Source: Malacoraja senta (Eukaryota). From it: DNA of 64,000 bases. Both the position numbers and the translations under genes were made by a program. Under the pieces are notes generated by a model. The model was given only the letters and a program-made list of their open reading frames with translations. It was not told where the DNA came from and did not search any database. The stretch is from assembly GCA_038087875.1 (NCBI GenBank), contig CM075993.1, positions 558,001 to 622,000 of the forward strand. Reading direction: 5' to 3'. Of this stretch, positions 51,403 through 62,412 are shown piece by piece; the stretch's first letter is position 1; each line of letters begins with the position of its first letter.

Positions 51403-51592
51403 GGGCGTGCTGTTACTGGAAGTGCTGTCTTTCAGCTCATCCATTAAACCAAGGGCTGTGTAGTTGAGTTTTTCATGTCCTAGTCAATATTTATCCCTCA
51501 ATCATTATCGTGGAGGTATATCTTTGATTGTCTATTCATTGCTGTTTGTGGGAGCTTGCTGTGGATATATTGGGGCTGCATTTCCCACATTA
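51403..51592 (+). mobile_element. Ancient Deu-domain SINE (SacSINE1/AmnSINE1-like) relic
   Basis: gtcct.g.caatatttatccctcaa and cattgctgtttgtgggagcttgctgtg resemble the Deu core as recalled. Confidence 0.6.
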
Positions 51593-52027
51593 AGTTTGTG
51601 GTTTTACATTATGTTGGCATCCATGCACCTGAGAGAGATGATGGTGTAGCTGTGCTTTAGAAGCTCATAAATTAGCTGTTAAACACTTCAGTAGTGATCT
51701 AGAAACTGTCATGTTGCACGTTGTATCAGTGAGATGAATGGCTACACTCTCACATTAAAATAGAAGATGCTGAGTACTCATCAGATCAGAACACCTGTGG
51801 TGAGGGAAACATTTACAGTTCGAGTCCGTGATCTTTCATCACAACCTCTTCAAAGGACAAGCATTGTGCTGAATCGTTAACTCTGTTTTGCTCTCTGTAG
51901 ATCCTGTTTCCAAAATTCTCAGCTTCTACTTCAGATTTCTAGTATCTGCAATATTGAACTTGTAGCCAGCAGGTTATTATTTGTGTTGTGTTGATGTATG
52001 TGTGACTCGTGACCTTGCCTGTTCCAG

Positions 52028-52303
52028 GTCTTCCTCGGTTCAGCGGTCAGCCAGAGGCGGTCTTTGTGCACGAAGGCGACACTGCCCTGCTGGGATGCGA
52101 GGTGAATGCGGATCTCGTTCCATTTGTGCGGTGGGAACATAACCGGAAGCTTGTGGCGGTGGAAGGCAGGTTCCTGAAACTGCCCAGTGGTACCTTGGAG
52201 ATCAGCAACACCTCCAGCAGCGATGCTGGGTCTTATCACTGCTCAGTGGAAGCCGCAGGTTCTTCCAAGACAAGTGAAGAGGTGTACCTCACCGTTTTGC
52301 CAG
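52028..52303 (+). CDS. NEO1: Neogenin exon 3, Ig-like domain 2; 276 bp, phase 1-1
   Basis: Acceptor ttccAG|GTCTT and donor CCAG|GTAACT. Translates GLPRFSGQPEAVFVHEGDTALLGCEVNADLVPFVRWEHNRKLVAVEGRFLKLPSGTLEISNTSSSDAGSYHCSVEAAGSSKTSEEVYLTVLP. CEVNADLVPFVRWE is neogenin-type; in frame with the previous exon. Confidence 0.95.
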
Positions 52304-52837
52304 GTAACTCTCAGTTGCAATAAACTGTGTGCAATGGGCAGGAATCTAGGGCTAGACTGGTGAGATCCAGCCAGTCTACACAGAACAAGTCTTATCTGTT
52401 CTCAGAAGTTACATCAAGCATGTTTGATTTCCAGATGGACACTGCTCCTAGTTTGGAGGTTATGTCCAGAAAAGCCAATTGATGATTGATCAGAGAATGT
52501 GAACTGTGAATGTGAACTGTTTTACTGTACAATGGGAGAATGTCTGTTCGAGTTTACCCATTAAGGAGAATGTCTGTATCCCTGTCGAATTATGCTGTAC
52601 TTGCCATTTTCCTTGAAGCAAACATAATTCCTGCCTTGCATTCAAGATCCATTTTACAAAACATGTTTTAACTTGTATTCTGCTCCTTCTATTGTTTCCA
52701 CGTTTTGTCCAGTGGTTTTTCATACAAGTTGCTGTGTATTAAAGTCTGCTCTGTATATAAAGCCTAGATGCTCCACATTTACAGACACAGATGCCTGTGC
52801 CGCTGTGATAACCAACGGTTCTCTTGTACTTTTGCAG

Positions 52838-52988
52838 AAATGGATGCGGATCGGGAGGCGGCGTTTCTCCAGAAACCTGCCTCCGTTAGTAAGGTGGCAG
52901 GCCAGTCACTGATATTGCCATGTGTGGTGTCTGGCTACCCAACACCCACCGTTCAGTGGCTCCACCATGACGAGATCATCTGGGAAAG
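52838..52988 (+). CDS. NEO1: Neogenin exon 4, N-terminal half of Ig3; 151 bp, phase 1-2
   Basis: Acceptor ctcttgtacttttgcAG|AAATG and donor GAAAG|GTCTGT (weak but GT). Translates EMDADREAAFLQKPASVSKVAGQSLILPCVVSGYPTPTVQWLHHDEIIWE; phase matches both neighbouring exons. Confidence 0.9.
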
Positions 52989-53355
52989 GTCTGTTGTTTT
53001 CATTTACCTAATTAATTTAAGATTATTTTGGGGCAATAATCGGGCTTGGGAGAGCGTTAGTGATCATTCGTTTATGACTCTTAGTCCTCCAGTACTTTGT
53101 GTTTTGTGTGAGGTTAGCACCTTTCCTGTTGGCAGGAAGGTTTATCATTTTGCATTGACCTTGAGTTGGAACAGCTGTGGAAGTTGAGCGATGAGTTGTG
53201 TTCCTTCCCTCGCCATTCCAGTAATCGTTTGTGAGAATGATCCAGGACGTGCATTGTCCAACGTTGGTCACAAGGTCAAGCAACGCACGGTCAGATCACT
53301 GCCATTGTGGAACTCTCACTGACCACTATGACTTTACATGGCCAAGATTACTTGA

Positions 53356-53648
53356 GGGCGGCACAGTGACGCAGCGGTAGAGTTGCTGCTGCCTCACAGT
53401 GCCAGAGACCTGGGTTTGATCCTGAGTACGGGTGCTGTCTGTATGGAGTTTGCACGTTCTCCCTGTGACCGCATAGGTTTCCTCCCACATTCCAAAGACG
53501 TGCAAGTTTGTAGGTTAATCGACTTCTGTAAATTGTCCCAAATTGCAGGATAGAGCTAGTGTACAGGTGATCGTTGGTCGGCGTGGACTCGGTGGGCCGA
53601 AGGGCCTGTTTCCGTGCTGTATCTCTAAGACTAAACTAAAGTAAACTA
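53356..53648 (+). mobile_element. HE1/V-SINE-like SINE
   Basis: gggcggcacagtgacgcagcggtagag (A box), gggtttgatcc (B box), V-domain core and tail gggccgaagggcctgtttccgtgctgtatctctaa(ctaaa)n. Confidence 0.9.
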
Positions 53649-54599
53649 CTGCTCCCAGTCTCTGAGCCTAAGCTTGAATACCAGATGGGGATGGGATTGC
53701 ATTCAGCAGCGATGTTCCAGTTGTTGAGCAGCTACACAAGTTACTGGGGAGCATCAGTGACTGTCACTCCTGGGTAGGAATCAGCTGGTGTTAGGGGGTA
53801 GAGGGCAGGAATTGGAGAGTGTGTGGAGTAGGGGTGAGCGTGAACAAGAAGCTGTATTTGTGTGTGTGTCGTGTGTTCTACTGGCTGAGGTAGTGTGGGC
53901 CGGCCCTGGCCGTGGGCAGAGCACTGGGTGTGGACGCACACGGACTTCCACCTCATTGTTGACGTGGGTGGAAACTGTCAAACAAAAGCAGTCTATCAGA
54001 TAAAGTAACAATAAATGACGGCTGCGTTCCAACAAATGTGGACATCTTTTAATTATAGTCTGCATGGCAATAAATTCTGCTGTTGCTGAGAGATTGGGTG
54101 GAGCTGCTGGCATCAGGGGTGGCGAGATGGCAATTGTGGATTAATTGTTCCTTGCTACAGATTTGTATCTGAATCTGTGAGAACAAAGTGTGTGCAATGA
54201 GCCACGGAGAGGCTGCTCTGTGTAATGGCTGGAGCCTGGGTATAAGCTCCTGAACAAATTACTCCGCACTCTCGCATCTTGTGAGCCAGGGACAGTTAGT
54301 ACAGTTGGTGTGAAGTAGGTTAAATCTGTCTGAGCTCCCCCATAAGCACCGTCAGGAGCTGCTGGGTAAAAATAACTCTTTGTGTGACAACCTGCTTCAT
54401 AGACACCTGGTCACACAGTGACTCCTGTCCAGAGAGAGCTCCATTACAAGCTGCAAAAGCTCATCTTCTTGGGCAATGGACGATCGGCCAGGATTGCAAG
54501 GAAGCTGGAAGCCTGGCCTGGTACTGAAGGAGCTGTTCTGTTTGTGCACATCCAGTCACAAGGACAGCATGTTGTCAACATCTGTTTCTGAGATGTGGC

Positions 54600-54820
54600 C
54601 ACCACTAACCGATGTGGTGATCAAGGAAGCACATTCGCATGTTTACGTTCTTAGGCACCTGAGAAGATTCAGCATGTCCACGAGAATGCTCTAGCATTGA
54701 TACAGATGCACTATAGAAAGTATTCTGCTGGATGTATCTCAGCCTGGTACAGCAACTGCTCAGCTCCTGACCACCTGAACCTGCAGAGAGTGGTGAACAC
54801 AGCCCAGTCCATCATAGACT
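54600..54820 (+). mobile_element. Rex1/Babar-like LINE fragment
   Basis: Translates ..KEAHSHVYVLRHLRRFSMSTRML..YRCTIES.L..C...WYSNCSA....LQRVVNTAQSI. Confidence 0.7.
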
Positions 54821-55043
54821 GACTAGCAGGCCGACATTTATTGTCCATCCCTGGCTCCTGTTAAATGGTGACGTTGAAGCTCCATGAGCTGCTGCAGTCT
54901 GTGTGGTGGGGGTGCCCCTGCAAGGCTGTGGGGAGAGAGTCCTGGCACTGGGGGCCTGTGGTGATGGAGGGGAGAGGGAGGAAAGTGCATGGGTTTCCAG
55001 TGTATTTTTTGTAGCCCTGTTCTATTCCGCTTGTGTGAACCAG

Positions 55044-55183
55044 CAGGTCCCAGCGGGTGGCGTTTGTTGGCAGCGGCAGTCTGCAGATCAGTGACATGGT
55101 GGAGGATGATGCTGGGGTGTACGAGTGTGTGGCGGAGTCTGGGAATCAGACCATCCGAGCCCAGGCTGAGCTCAGCGTCCAAG
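55044..55183 (+). CDS. NEO1: Neogenin exon 5, C-terminal half of Ig3; 140 bp (or 137 bp from 55047 via the second AG), phase 2-1
   Basis: Not in the ORF track in this frame; read manually. Tandem acceptor aacCAG|CAG|G and donor CAAG|GTAAGA. Translates (S)RSQRVAFVGSGSLQISDMVEDDAGVYECVAESGNQTIRAQAELSVQ with the Ig L.I....DD.G.Y.C motif. Confidence 0.9.
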
Positions 55184-55205
55184 GTAAGATCACTAAAAAT
55201 ATTAT

Positions 55206-55526
55206 TTTAAGTTTAATTTAATTTAGTTTGGAGATACAGCATGGAACCAGGCCCTTCGACCCAACGAGTCTGCACCGACCAGCAATCCCTGCACATTAAC
55301 ACTACCTTACACACACTGAGGACAATTTTTTTAACATTTATACCAAGCTAATTAACCTATAAGCCTGTACGTCTTTGGAATGTGGGAGGAAACCAAAGAT
55401 CTTGGAGAAAACCCATGCAGGTCACGGGGAGAACGTAAAAAATCCTTACAGACAGCACCCGTGGTCAGTATGGATCTCGGGTCTCTGGCGCTGTGAAGCA
55501 GTCGCTCTACCGCTACGCCACCGTGC
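55206..55526 (-). mobile_element. HE1/V-SINE-like SINE immediately downstream of the exon 5 donor
   Basis: Reverse complement: gcacggtggcgtagcggtagag head, V-domain core and CR1-like tail with (taaac)n. Confidence 0.9.
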
Positions 55527-58375
55527 ATTTGTTTCATTCTACCTTCATCTCACCCTCCCCACATAACTACTTGTTTTTACCTTGATTACTGACGTAGTGT
55601 CTGAAATGCCCTTGTGGGTGTGGGTGCATTATGAGCAAAATTATACGATGGAAGTGACTTCAGGAGCTCTCTCCATTTCTGGGAACATACAGTGCAGGTT
55701 AGGCGCACTAGTCCCAATAACATGGGGTGATATTCTTGCTCCCTTCCAAAGTCCCAGTTGCCAAAGCCAGTCTGTGCCAAGTTAGTTAATCTCAATCAGT
55801 ACCACATTGTGATCCTCATGGCCTCAAGTATGGAGGGAGATTCAGCCATCGTCCCAACCTTGGCTTGAGTTAGGTGTGACACTGACAGTGATTATATCAC
55901 TGCTGCTAGCAGTCGGACTGGTTTGAGGTGATGAATTAAGATGATCACACGTAAAGCTTGTCACACATCCAAGGGCGTCAGGTCCTGGATAATCCTTTCC
56001 CCACAGAGGGCTGGCAGTGGGCGGAGGAAGCTGGAGAGATGTGTGTGGCTGTCAGGCTCGGGGCACCCGCACACACACATATCAAATAGACATGACTTCA
56101 GATTTAAGGTTAAATAAATTTTTTATTGTGCTCTTAAATTGAAATAGTGTTTTTGAAACATATGATATTTATTCAACCATCACCGCTGTGAGTGCAGGCA
56201 GGGAACTAACTAAGCAGCAAACAGAGACAGATTTCTGGCTCAGAGTTCTGTCCTGTGTATAGGGATGAGTGCACTGTTCAGACTGTGGTTACGAGGGCAC
56301 TTTTACTCTTATTCCAACCATTTATTCATTCAAATCCTCACAGTCCCATAAATGTTGTTTGAAGGGCTACATCCTTCCATTTGTACCTTGTATATTTAGA
56401 TCAGTGTCTGCTGGGGAGATGATTGGAGATAATTGCTTTACGTCCACAGCTCACTTGGCCCTAGTGCTGTAATTTGATAATTTGGCCCTTCAGTCTGTGA
56501 AGTGCTCAGCATGAATGAGGTGTAATCCCCTGGTAGCACTTCATCACTGCACACTCTGGTAGTTGAGCAAAACGCTATTAGGTTTATGTCACATTTAGCG
56601 AGGTACAGTGAAAAGCTTTGTTTTGCATGCTATCTAAACAGATCAGATACCATACATAGATATGATCAGTTCAAACTCAAGTACAATAGATAGAGCAAAG
56701 GGGGAGATACAGAGTGCAGAATATAGTTCTCAGCATTGTAGCGCATCAATTCCTTAGAGAAACTCCAATGTCCTCAATGGGGCAGAGGTAAATCGAACAG
56801 TACCCTAGCTTATGGAAGGATGGTTTGAAAGCCTGATAATAGAGAAGCTGTTCGTGTCTGAGTTCTGTACCTTCTGCCGGATGGGAGCAGGGGAAGGGGG
56901 AATGACCAGGGCGGGTGCAGCCTGGGATTATTTTGGCGGCATTTCCCTCTGCTGATGCTGCCGGACTCACTGAGTTCCTCTAGATTTTATATATGCACAA
57001 GATTCCAGCATCTGCAGTCCCCACACGCTGGTTGTGGAGGATTATCTGAGCCACCACTAAATAATGGGAGGTGAGGGTGATGTTTTGGAGTCAGTGGACA
57101 GGCCAGCAATATGAAGTTCAATGTGCTGGTTTGTATATGTGTGGGGGGGGGAGAGAGAGAGCCAGTGTGATTGTCCGTGGCACAGGGTTGAGGGCATCTT
57201 CTGAGAATCTCACTGAGTTGTGTGAAGGATGAGCAAGTGTACAGTCAGGAATGACCCTCGTGCCAGGCAGCCAACTATCACATTGTAGGTTGCAGTGGGC
57301 TGTGGGCCATCTCCTCAGCAGCTTCCTCCGCACAAGTGCGTTTGACAAGGTTTGCAATGTTGCCCATTGCAGCTGTCTCTGACACTAATGATCTTACATG
57401 CATGATGAGTAATTAGTAGCTATGGCAACAAGCCTTGCCAGTCATTAAAATGCAACTGGGTCGACTGGAAGCCTGGTACAGAAGTACATCAGCATCAGCT
57501 CCAACATGTATTGCCCTTCAGGTATAAGGACAACAAATGCTAATGGCAGAACCTTTCATCCTACAGGTGTTGACAGCAAATTCTTTGTGCATTGGAATGA
57601 AATAGAAGTATTCACTCTGAGCAGCTCTGGCTAATGAGGCCATTCAGTCCGTATGTTCATAGCCAAAAATGCTACCTTCCACAGTTCAGCATCTAATTGC
57701 TCTTTAAATAATTGTATGTGTTGCTCTGGTCCAGCAGGAGGGCACTGTAATTGTTAGTGAGGACCACTCACTATACACCATTGCTAGCTGCTTTCTGCTG
57801 CTTGTCATCAATCTTCTGTCGACTGGAATTCCCTGATTGGATTTCTAGTGGAGCATGCTCCCAGAGGTTCAAATGTTGTGTTTTCCAGAAACATCTTGGT
57901 GTTTGTAAAATAAATGTGTTTGTTTGGATTTAAATCCTTGAATTAATCCTTAATGTGTCCCTGAGTTGTCCCTTACATTGTGACTATTTTATACAGAGGC
58001 AATGTCCAGTCGTTGCAGACCATGTTTGAAAGGACAGAAGTTAACATTGTAATAAAGATGGAAAATGCTGCAAGTAGCCAGCTAACCAGGCAGCATCAGT
58101 GGAGAGAGAAACAAAGTACATGTTTCAGGTTGATTATCTCACATCAGAATTGGGATGTTAGAAATCAAACTAGTTTTAAGTTGCAGCTAAATAAATTTCA
58201 GAATTGTACGGCTGAGTTCAAGTGAATGCAGACCAAAAGATTTTAGTAGTACAAGTTTCTAGAAAGTCTCACCTCTGTAATGCCTCCCCTCCTCAGGGAA
58301 ATACTTGAGGTTGATAATGTATCAGAGGATTTCTGTGGTACATGTGTTACCATTCTCTTCTGCTTCCTTTAATAG

Positions 58376-58530
58376 TCCCCCCTCGCTTTCTGAAACGACC
58401 TATGAACATTTACGCTCACGAGTCCATGGACATTGTGTTTGAGTGTGAAGTGACGGGCACACCAGTGCCCACCGTGAAGTGGATCAAGAACGGCGACATG
58501 GTGATCCCGAGCGACTACTTCAAGATTGTT
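58376..58530 (+). CDS. NEO1: Neogenin exon 6, N-terminal half of Ig4; 155 bp, phase 1-0
   Basis: Acceptor tctcttctgcttcctttaatAG|TCCCC and donor ATTGTT|GTGAGT. Translates [52 protein letters not shown]; near-identical to neogenin Ig4 as recalled. Confidence 0.96.
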
Positions 58531-59823
58531 GTGAGTAGATGTCTGGATCTTTCCTCCTTCCATCAGCATCTTCTGTGGATCAACATAACTCACCCTGCGT
58601 AGAATTCCCAACACGCAACCCCTAACAATTTCTGCCCTTCTTTCCATTTACTTTGCACTGTTTCCTGAAAGGGTGTCAGAGTTCTAACCCCTCAACTCCA
58701 CTTGGGAAGCACACGATGTGTGCATGATGGGCGTAACTCCCATGCCTTTCATTTCCTGCCGAACCTCCTGATGTTTGTTATATGATGTTAGCGTTGCTTG
58801 TGATAGCTTGATTCCTGTAATAATAAGCAAGTGTATATTCCACTGAGTACATCTGAAGTGAACCCTTTGTGCTTAATACCTGATGCTTCCTGTGAACAGA
58901 GTATGTGGGAGTTGGAGCCAAATGATGGCAGGAGGGCACTGTAATTGTTAGTGAGGAGCTACTTATAACAAACTCTGTTGGGATGAGTTCTGGCATATCC
59001 ACCGAATCTAATCAAATTAGTTTTGGGTGGGTTCGATGATTGACATGTCTCTGTTGTGGATGTGGGTGGCAAATATAATAATTTCTTTACATATTCCACA
59101 AATAATTATTTGGTGGACCACACACAATGGCACAAGTCGTGTATTTTGCACAAAATGCTGGCTGCTAGGTTTTCCAATACTTTGCCCAAGGGTTTAGTTT
59201 TAATCCATTGGAAAAAAGCATCACCAGCAAATCCAACAATCCAAAATGCCCATCCTTAATTTCCCTTGGCAGCGTGCCGGGTTTGGAACTGCAGCCCGTG
59301 TTGGGTATGGTCAGGTTGTAGTGGGACTGGGAAACACATTGCTGTAGGTCTGGAATGAGACTAGGCCAGAAGGGCAGACACTCTGGCAGTTGCAAGGTCA
59401 CCTTCACGGAAGTCATCTTTGTATTCCAGATCTGTTTAACCAGATTGAACTTTTCCAGCTGCAGTTGTGGAAGTTGAACCCATTTCTCTGGATCATACAT
59501 CCAAATCAAGAGATTTCTATTTTACAATTCAACCATTGTGTTATCCAGTCCTGGTGATGTGTCTTATGCCCAGCCTAGAAAGAAACCTTTATTAATTAGA
59601 ATCAAAGTCACTCAGCATGGAAACAGGCCCTTCATCCCAACTTCTCCAGGCTGCATGTGGCCCATATCCCACTGAACCTTTCCCCATCCATGTTCCTGTC
59701 AGGGTGTCCAGGCCATTAACAATCATCCAGCTGTCCAAGGCCTGGACCTTTCTGCTTGGTAATGAAGCTGTTGTTGTGTGGCACGTGACATTTCAGCAAT
59801 GATATTTGTGCCGTTTGTTTCAG

Positions 59824-59944
59824 AATGAGCAAAACCTGCAGGTTCTTGGTCTGGTGAAGTCCGACGAAGGTCTGTACCAGTGTGTGGCAGAGAACGATGT
59901 GGGGAACCGGCAGGCCAGTGCCCAGCTCATCATCCTGGAGCATG
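59824..59944 (+). CDS. NEO1: Neogenin exon 7, C-terminal half of Ig4; 121 bp, phase 0-1
   Basis: Acceptor gtttgtttcAG|AATGAG and donor CATG|GTAAGC. Translates [48 protein letters not shown] is neogenin-type rather than DCC-type. Confidence 0.96.
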
Positions 59945-60744
59945 GTAAGCCACACAGCCCTGCCTGCCAGGTGCTGCCAGAGATGGGCAACGCTGCAGGA
60001 CACTGATCCATCTCACCACTTGGCAATGGGAGCAAGAAGGAAACAGGTGGCCAAAGCAGTGAGGCAGATGGCAGGGTTCTGCTTTCAGCAACAGCTCTGC
60101 TTGCTCTGGGCTACAAACAGCTTGTACATGTTTCTAGTATCCTGCATGCGGAGAGGCGACTGACGACGCAGTACCTCATGATGACACAACACTGCCTAGC
60201 AAACACCACCTTTTCTTTAAGGATCCATTTTTATAAATGTTATTTTTCTGTTTAACCCAGATTCTTTCATGTTCTGAATGTTTCTGGGCCCCATATAGTT
60301 TGTGCACAGTTATTTTCTTGTTCCCCTTTAATGCAAACAAATGTCTGCAGATGCTTGAGGAACAGTCTGTCTCTCTGTCCCCCATGGCAGGGAAGCCCAT
60401 TGTAGTCACTGCTGCGTGGATTGAATCCCAATTGTTAGCTGTGGAAACACACTCCTTATTTATGTGTGGAACTCCCACCCACTCCTAGGCTCGGGCTGCT
60501 GCTATTCTGACCACTGCTTCTGTCTGAATGGAATCCTCCCCAAATGGTGGCAATGTGGGTGATGGCCTCTTCACCCAGGGCAGGCAGACCAAGCCCTGCA
60601 GGGAATGACAGGATCCTGCTGTCCCTCTCGGCAGCCCCTGTAGTGAGGATGGTCCCAGACCAGCAGCAATGACTCTGCATTGGATTATTAAGGTCACTTG
60701 TACCATGACACAGTGAAAAACATCTCAGTGTGTACAACTCTGAT

Positions 60745-61070
60745 ATAGATAGGGTCGACAGAACCTTTGTCCCAGAGTGCAAATGTCAATGACTAGAGGA
60801 CATAGCTCGAAGGTGAGGGGCGGATATTTAAAGGAGATGTGAGGGGCAGGTTTTTTATAGAGGGTGGTGGGTGCCTGTAACCATGAACGGTTGGTGGTGG
60901 AGCTAGATACACTAGTGGTGTTTAAGAGGCTTTTAGATAGGCTCATGTGTATGCTGGGAATGGAAGGATATGGATCACAGGCTGGCAGGGGACATTAGTT
61001 TAACCTGGCATTGTCAACATTGTTAACCTAACATGTTCAACATGGGCATTATGGGCCAAAGTGTTCCATG
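60745..61070 (+). mobile_element. CR1-like LINE 3' end fragment
   Basis: gactagaggacatagctcgaaggtgaggggc...gtttaagaggcttttagatagg...gggccaaag. Confidence 0.75.
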
Positions 61071-61266
61071 TTCAAATCATACATGAGGTTGAAATCAATT
61101 ATGAGTATAATCAAACCACACACAAGTACAATAGGTAGTGTTAGGAGAAAAATACCACAGAAAGAAGATTGTTTTTAAAGTGCAAGGTCTGTGTTGAGGT
61201 AGGTACACAAAAATGCTGGAGAAACTCAACGGGTGCAGCAGCATCTATGGAGCGAAGGAAATAGGC

Positions 61267-61294
61267 AACGTTTCGGGCCGAAACCCATCTTCAG
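61267..61294 (-). ncRNA. Minimal hammerhead ribozyme-like core in the inverted pLTR arm
   Basis: Reverse complement reads CUGAAGA-U-GGGU(UUCG)GCCC-GAAAC-GUU. Confidence 0.55.
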
Positions 61295-62412
61295 ACTGAT
61301 AGGGGGTGAGGAGAAGAAAGGAAAATAGGAAAAAAGGCGGAGGAGGAGCCCGAGGGCTGGGGGAGGGGAGGAGACAACCAGAGGGCTGATGAAGGGGAGG
61401 GGACAGCAAGGGCTAGCAGAGTTGGGAGAATTCAATATTCATGCCCCCAGGATGTAGACTGCCCAAGCGGAATATGAGGTGCATTTCCTCCAATTTCCGG
61501 TGTTGCTCGCTGTGGCCATGGAGGAGACCCAGGACAGAGAGGTCAGATACGGAATGGGAGGGGGAGTTGAAGTGCTGAGCCACCGGGAGGTCAGGTAGGT
61601 TATTGCGGACCGACCGGAGGTGTTCGGCGAAACGATCGCCAAGCCGGTCTCACTGATGTAGATCAGCTGACATCTAGAGCAGCGGATGCAATAGATGAGG
61701 TTGGAGGAGATGCAGGTGAACCTCTGTCGCACCTGGAACGACTGCTTGGGTCCTTGAATGGAATCGAGGGGGGAGGTGAAGGGACAAGTGTTGCATCTCT
61801 TGCGGTTGCAAGGGAAAGTACCCGGGGAGGGGGTGGTACGGGAGGGAAGGGAAGAATTGACAAGGGAGTTACGGAGGGAGCGGTCTTTGCGGAAGGCAGA
61901 CATGGGGGGAGATGGGAAGATGTGGCGAGTGGTGGGGTCACGTTGGAGGTGGCGAAACTGACAGAGGATCACTTGTTGTATGTGACGGCTGGTGGGATGA
62001 CAGGTGAGGACTAGGGGGACTCTGCCCTTGTTGTGAGTGGGGGGATGGGGAGAGAGAGCAGTGTTGCGGGGTATGGCAGAGACCCTGGTGCGAGCCTCAT
62101 CTATGGTGGAGGAGGGGAACCCCTGTTCCCTGAAGAATGAGGACATTTCGGATGCCCTGGTGTGGAACTCTGTCCTGGGTCTCCTCCATGGCCACAGCGA
62201 GCAACACCGGAAATTGGAGGAAATGCACCTCATATTCCGCTTGGGCAGTCTACATCCTGGGGGCATGAACATTGAATTCTCCCAACTCTGCTAGCCCTTG
62301 CTGTCCCCTCCCCTTCATCAGCCCTCTGGTTGTCTCCTCCCATCCCCCAGCCCTCGGGCTCCTCCTCCGCCTTTTTTCCTTTTTTCCTTTCTTCTCCCCA
62401 CCCCCTATCAGT

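Noticed and set aside
53356-53430. tRNA gene
   Set aside because: The A/B-box-like sequence is the head of a SINE and continues into the V-domain and LINE-like tail; no complete cloverleaf.
57731-57746. CTCF-like motif CCAGCAGGAGGGCAC
   Set aside because: One base too long relative to the CCASYAGRKGGCR core, so the spacing does not fit.
24231-59944. Calling the gene DCC
   Set aside because: Diagnostic strings ([43 protein letters not shown]) match neogenin rather than DCC as recalled.
59945-60006. Read-through past the exon 7 donor giving a secreted four-Ig isoform (…[22 protein letters not shown])
   Set aside because: The donor is strong (G|GTAAGC), no nearby AATAAA was seen, and a short open extension is expected by chance. 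The same reasoning applies to the extensions after exons 2, 4 and 6.
61439-62272. 277-aa ORF as a functional GIY-YIG nuclease gene
   Set aside because: The N-terminus is read from the antisense of the inverted arm, the RT is missing, and a frameshift follows YISET; it is a PLE remnant.
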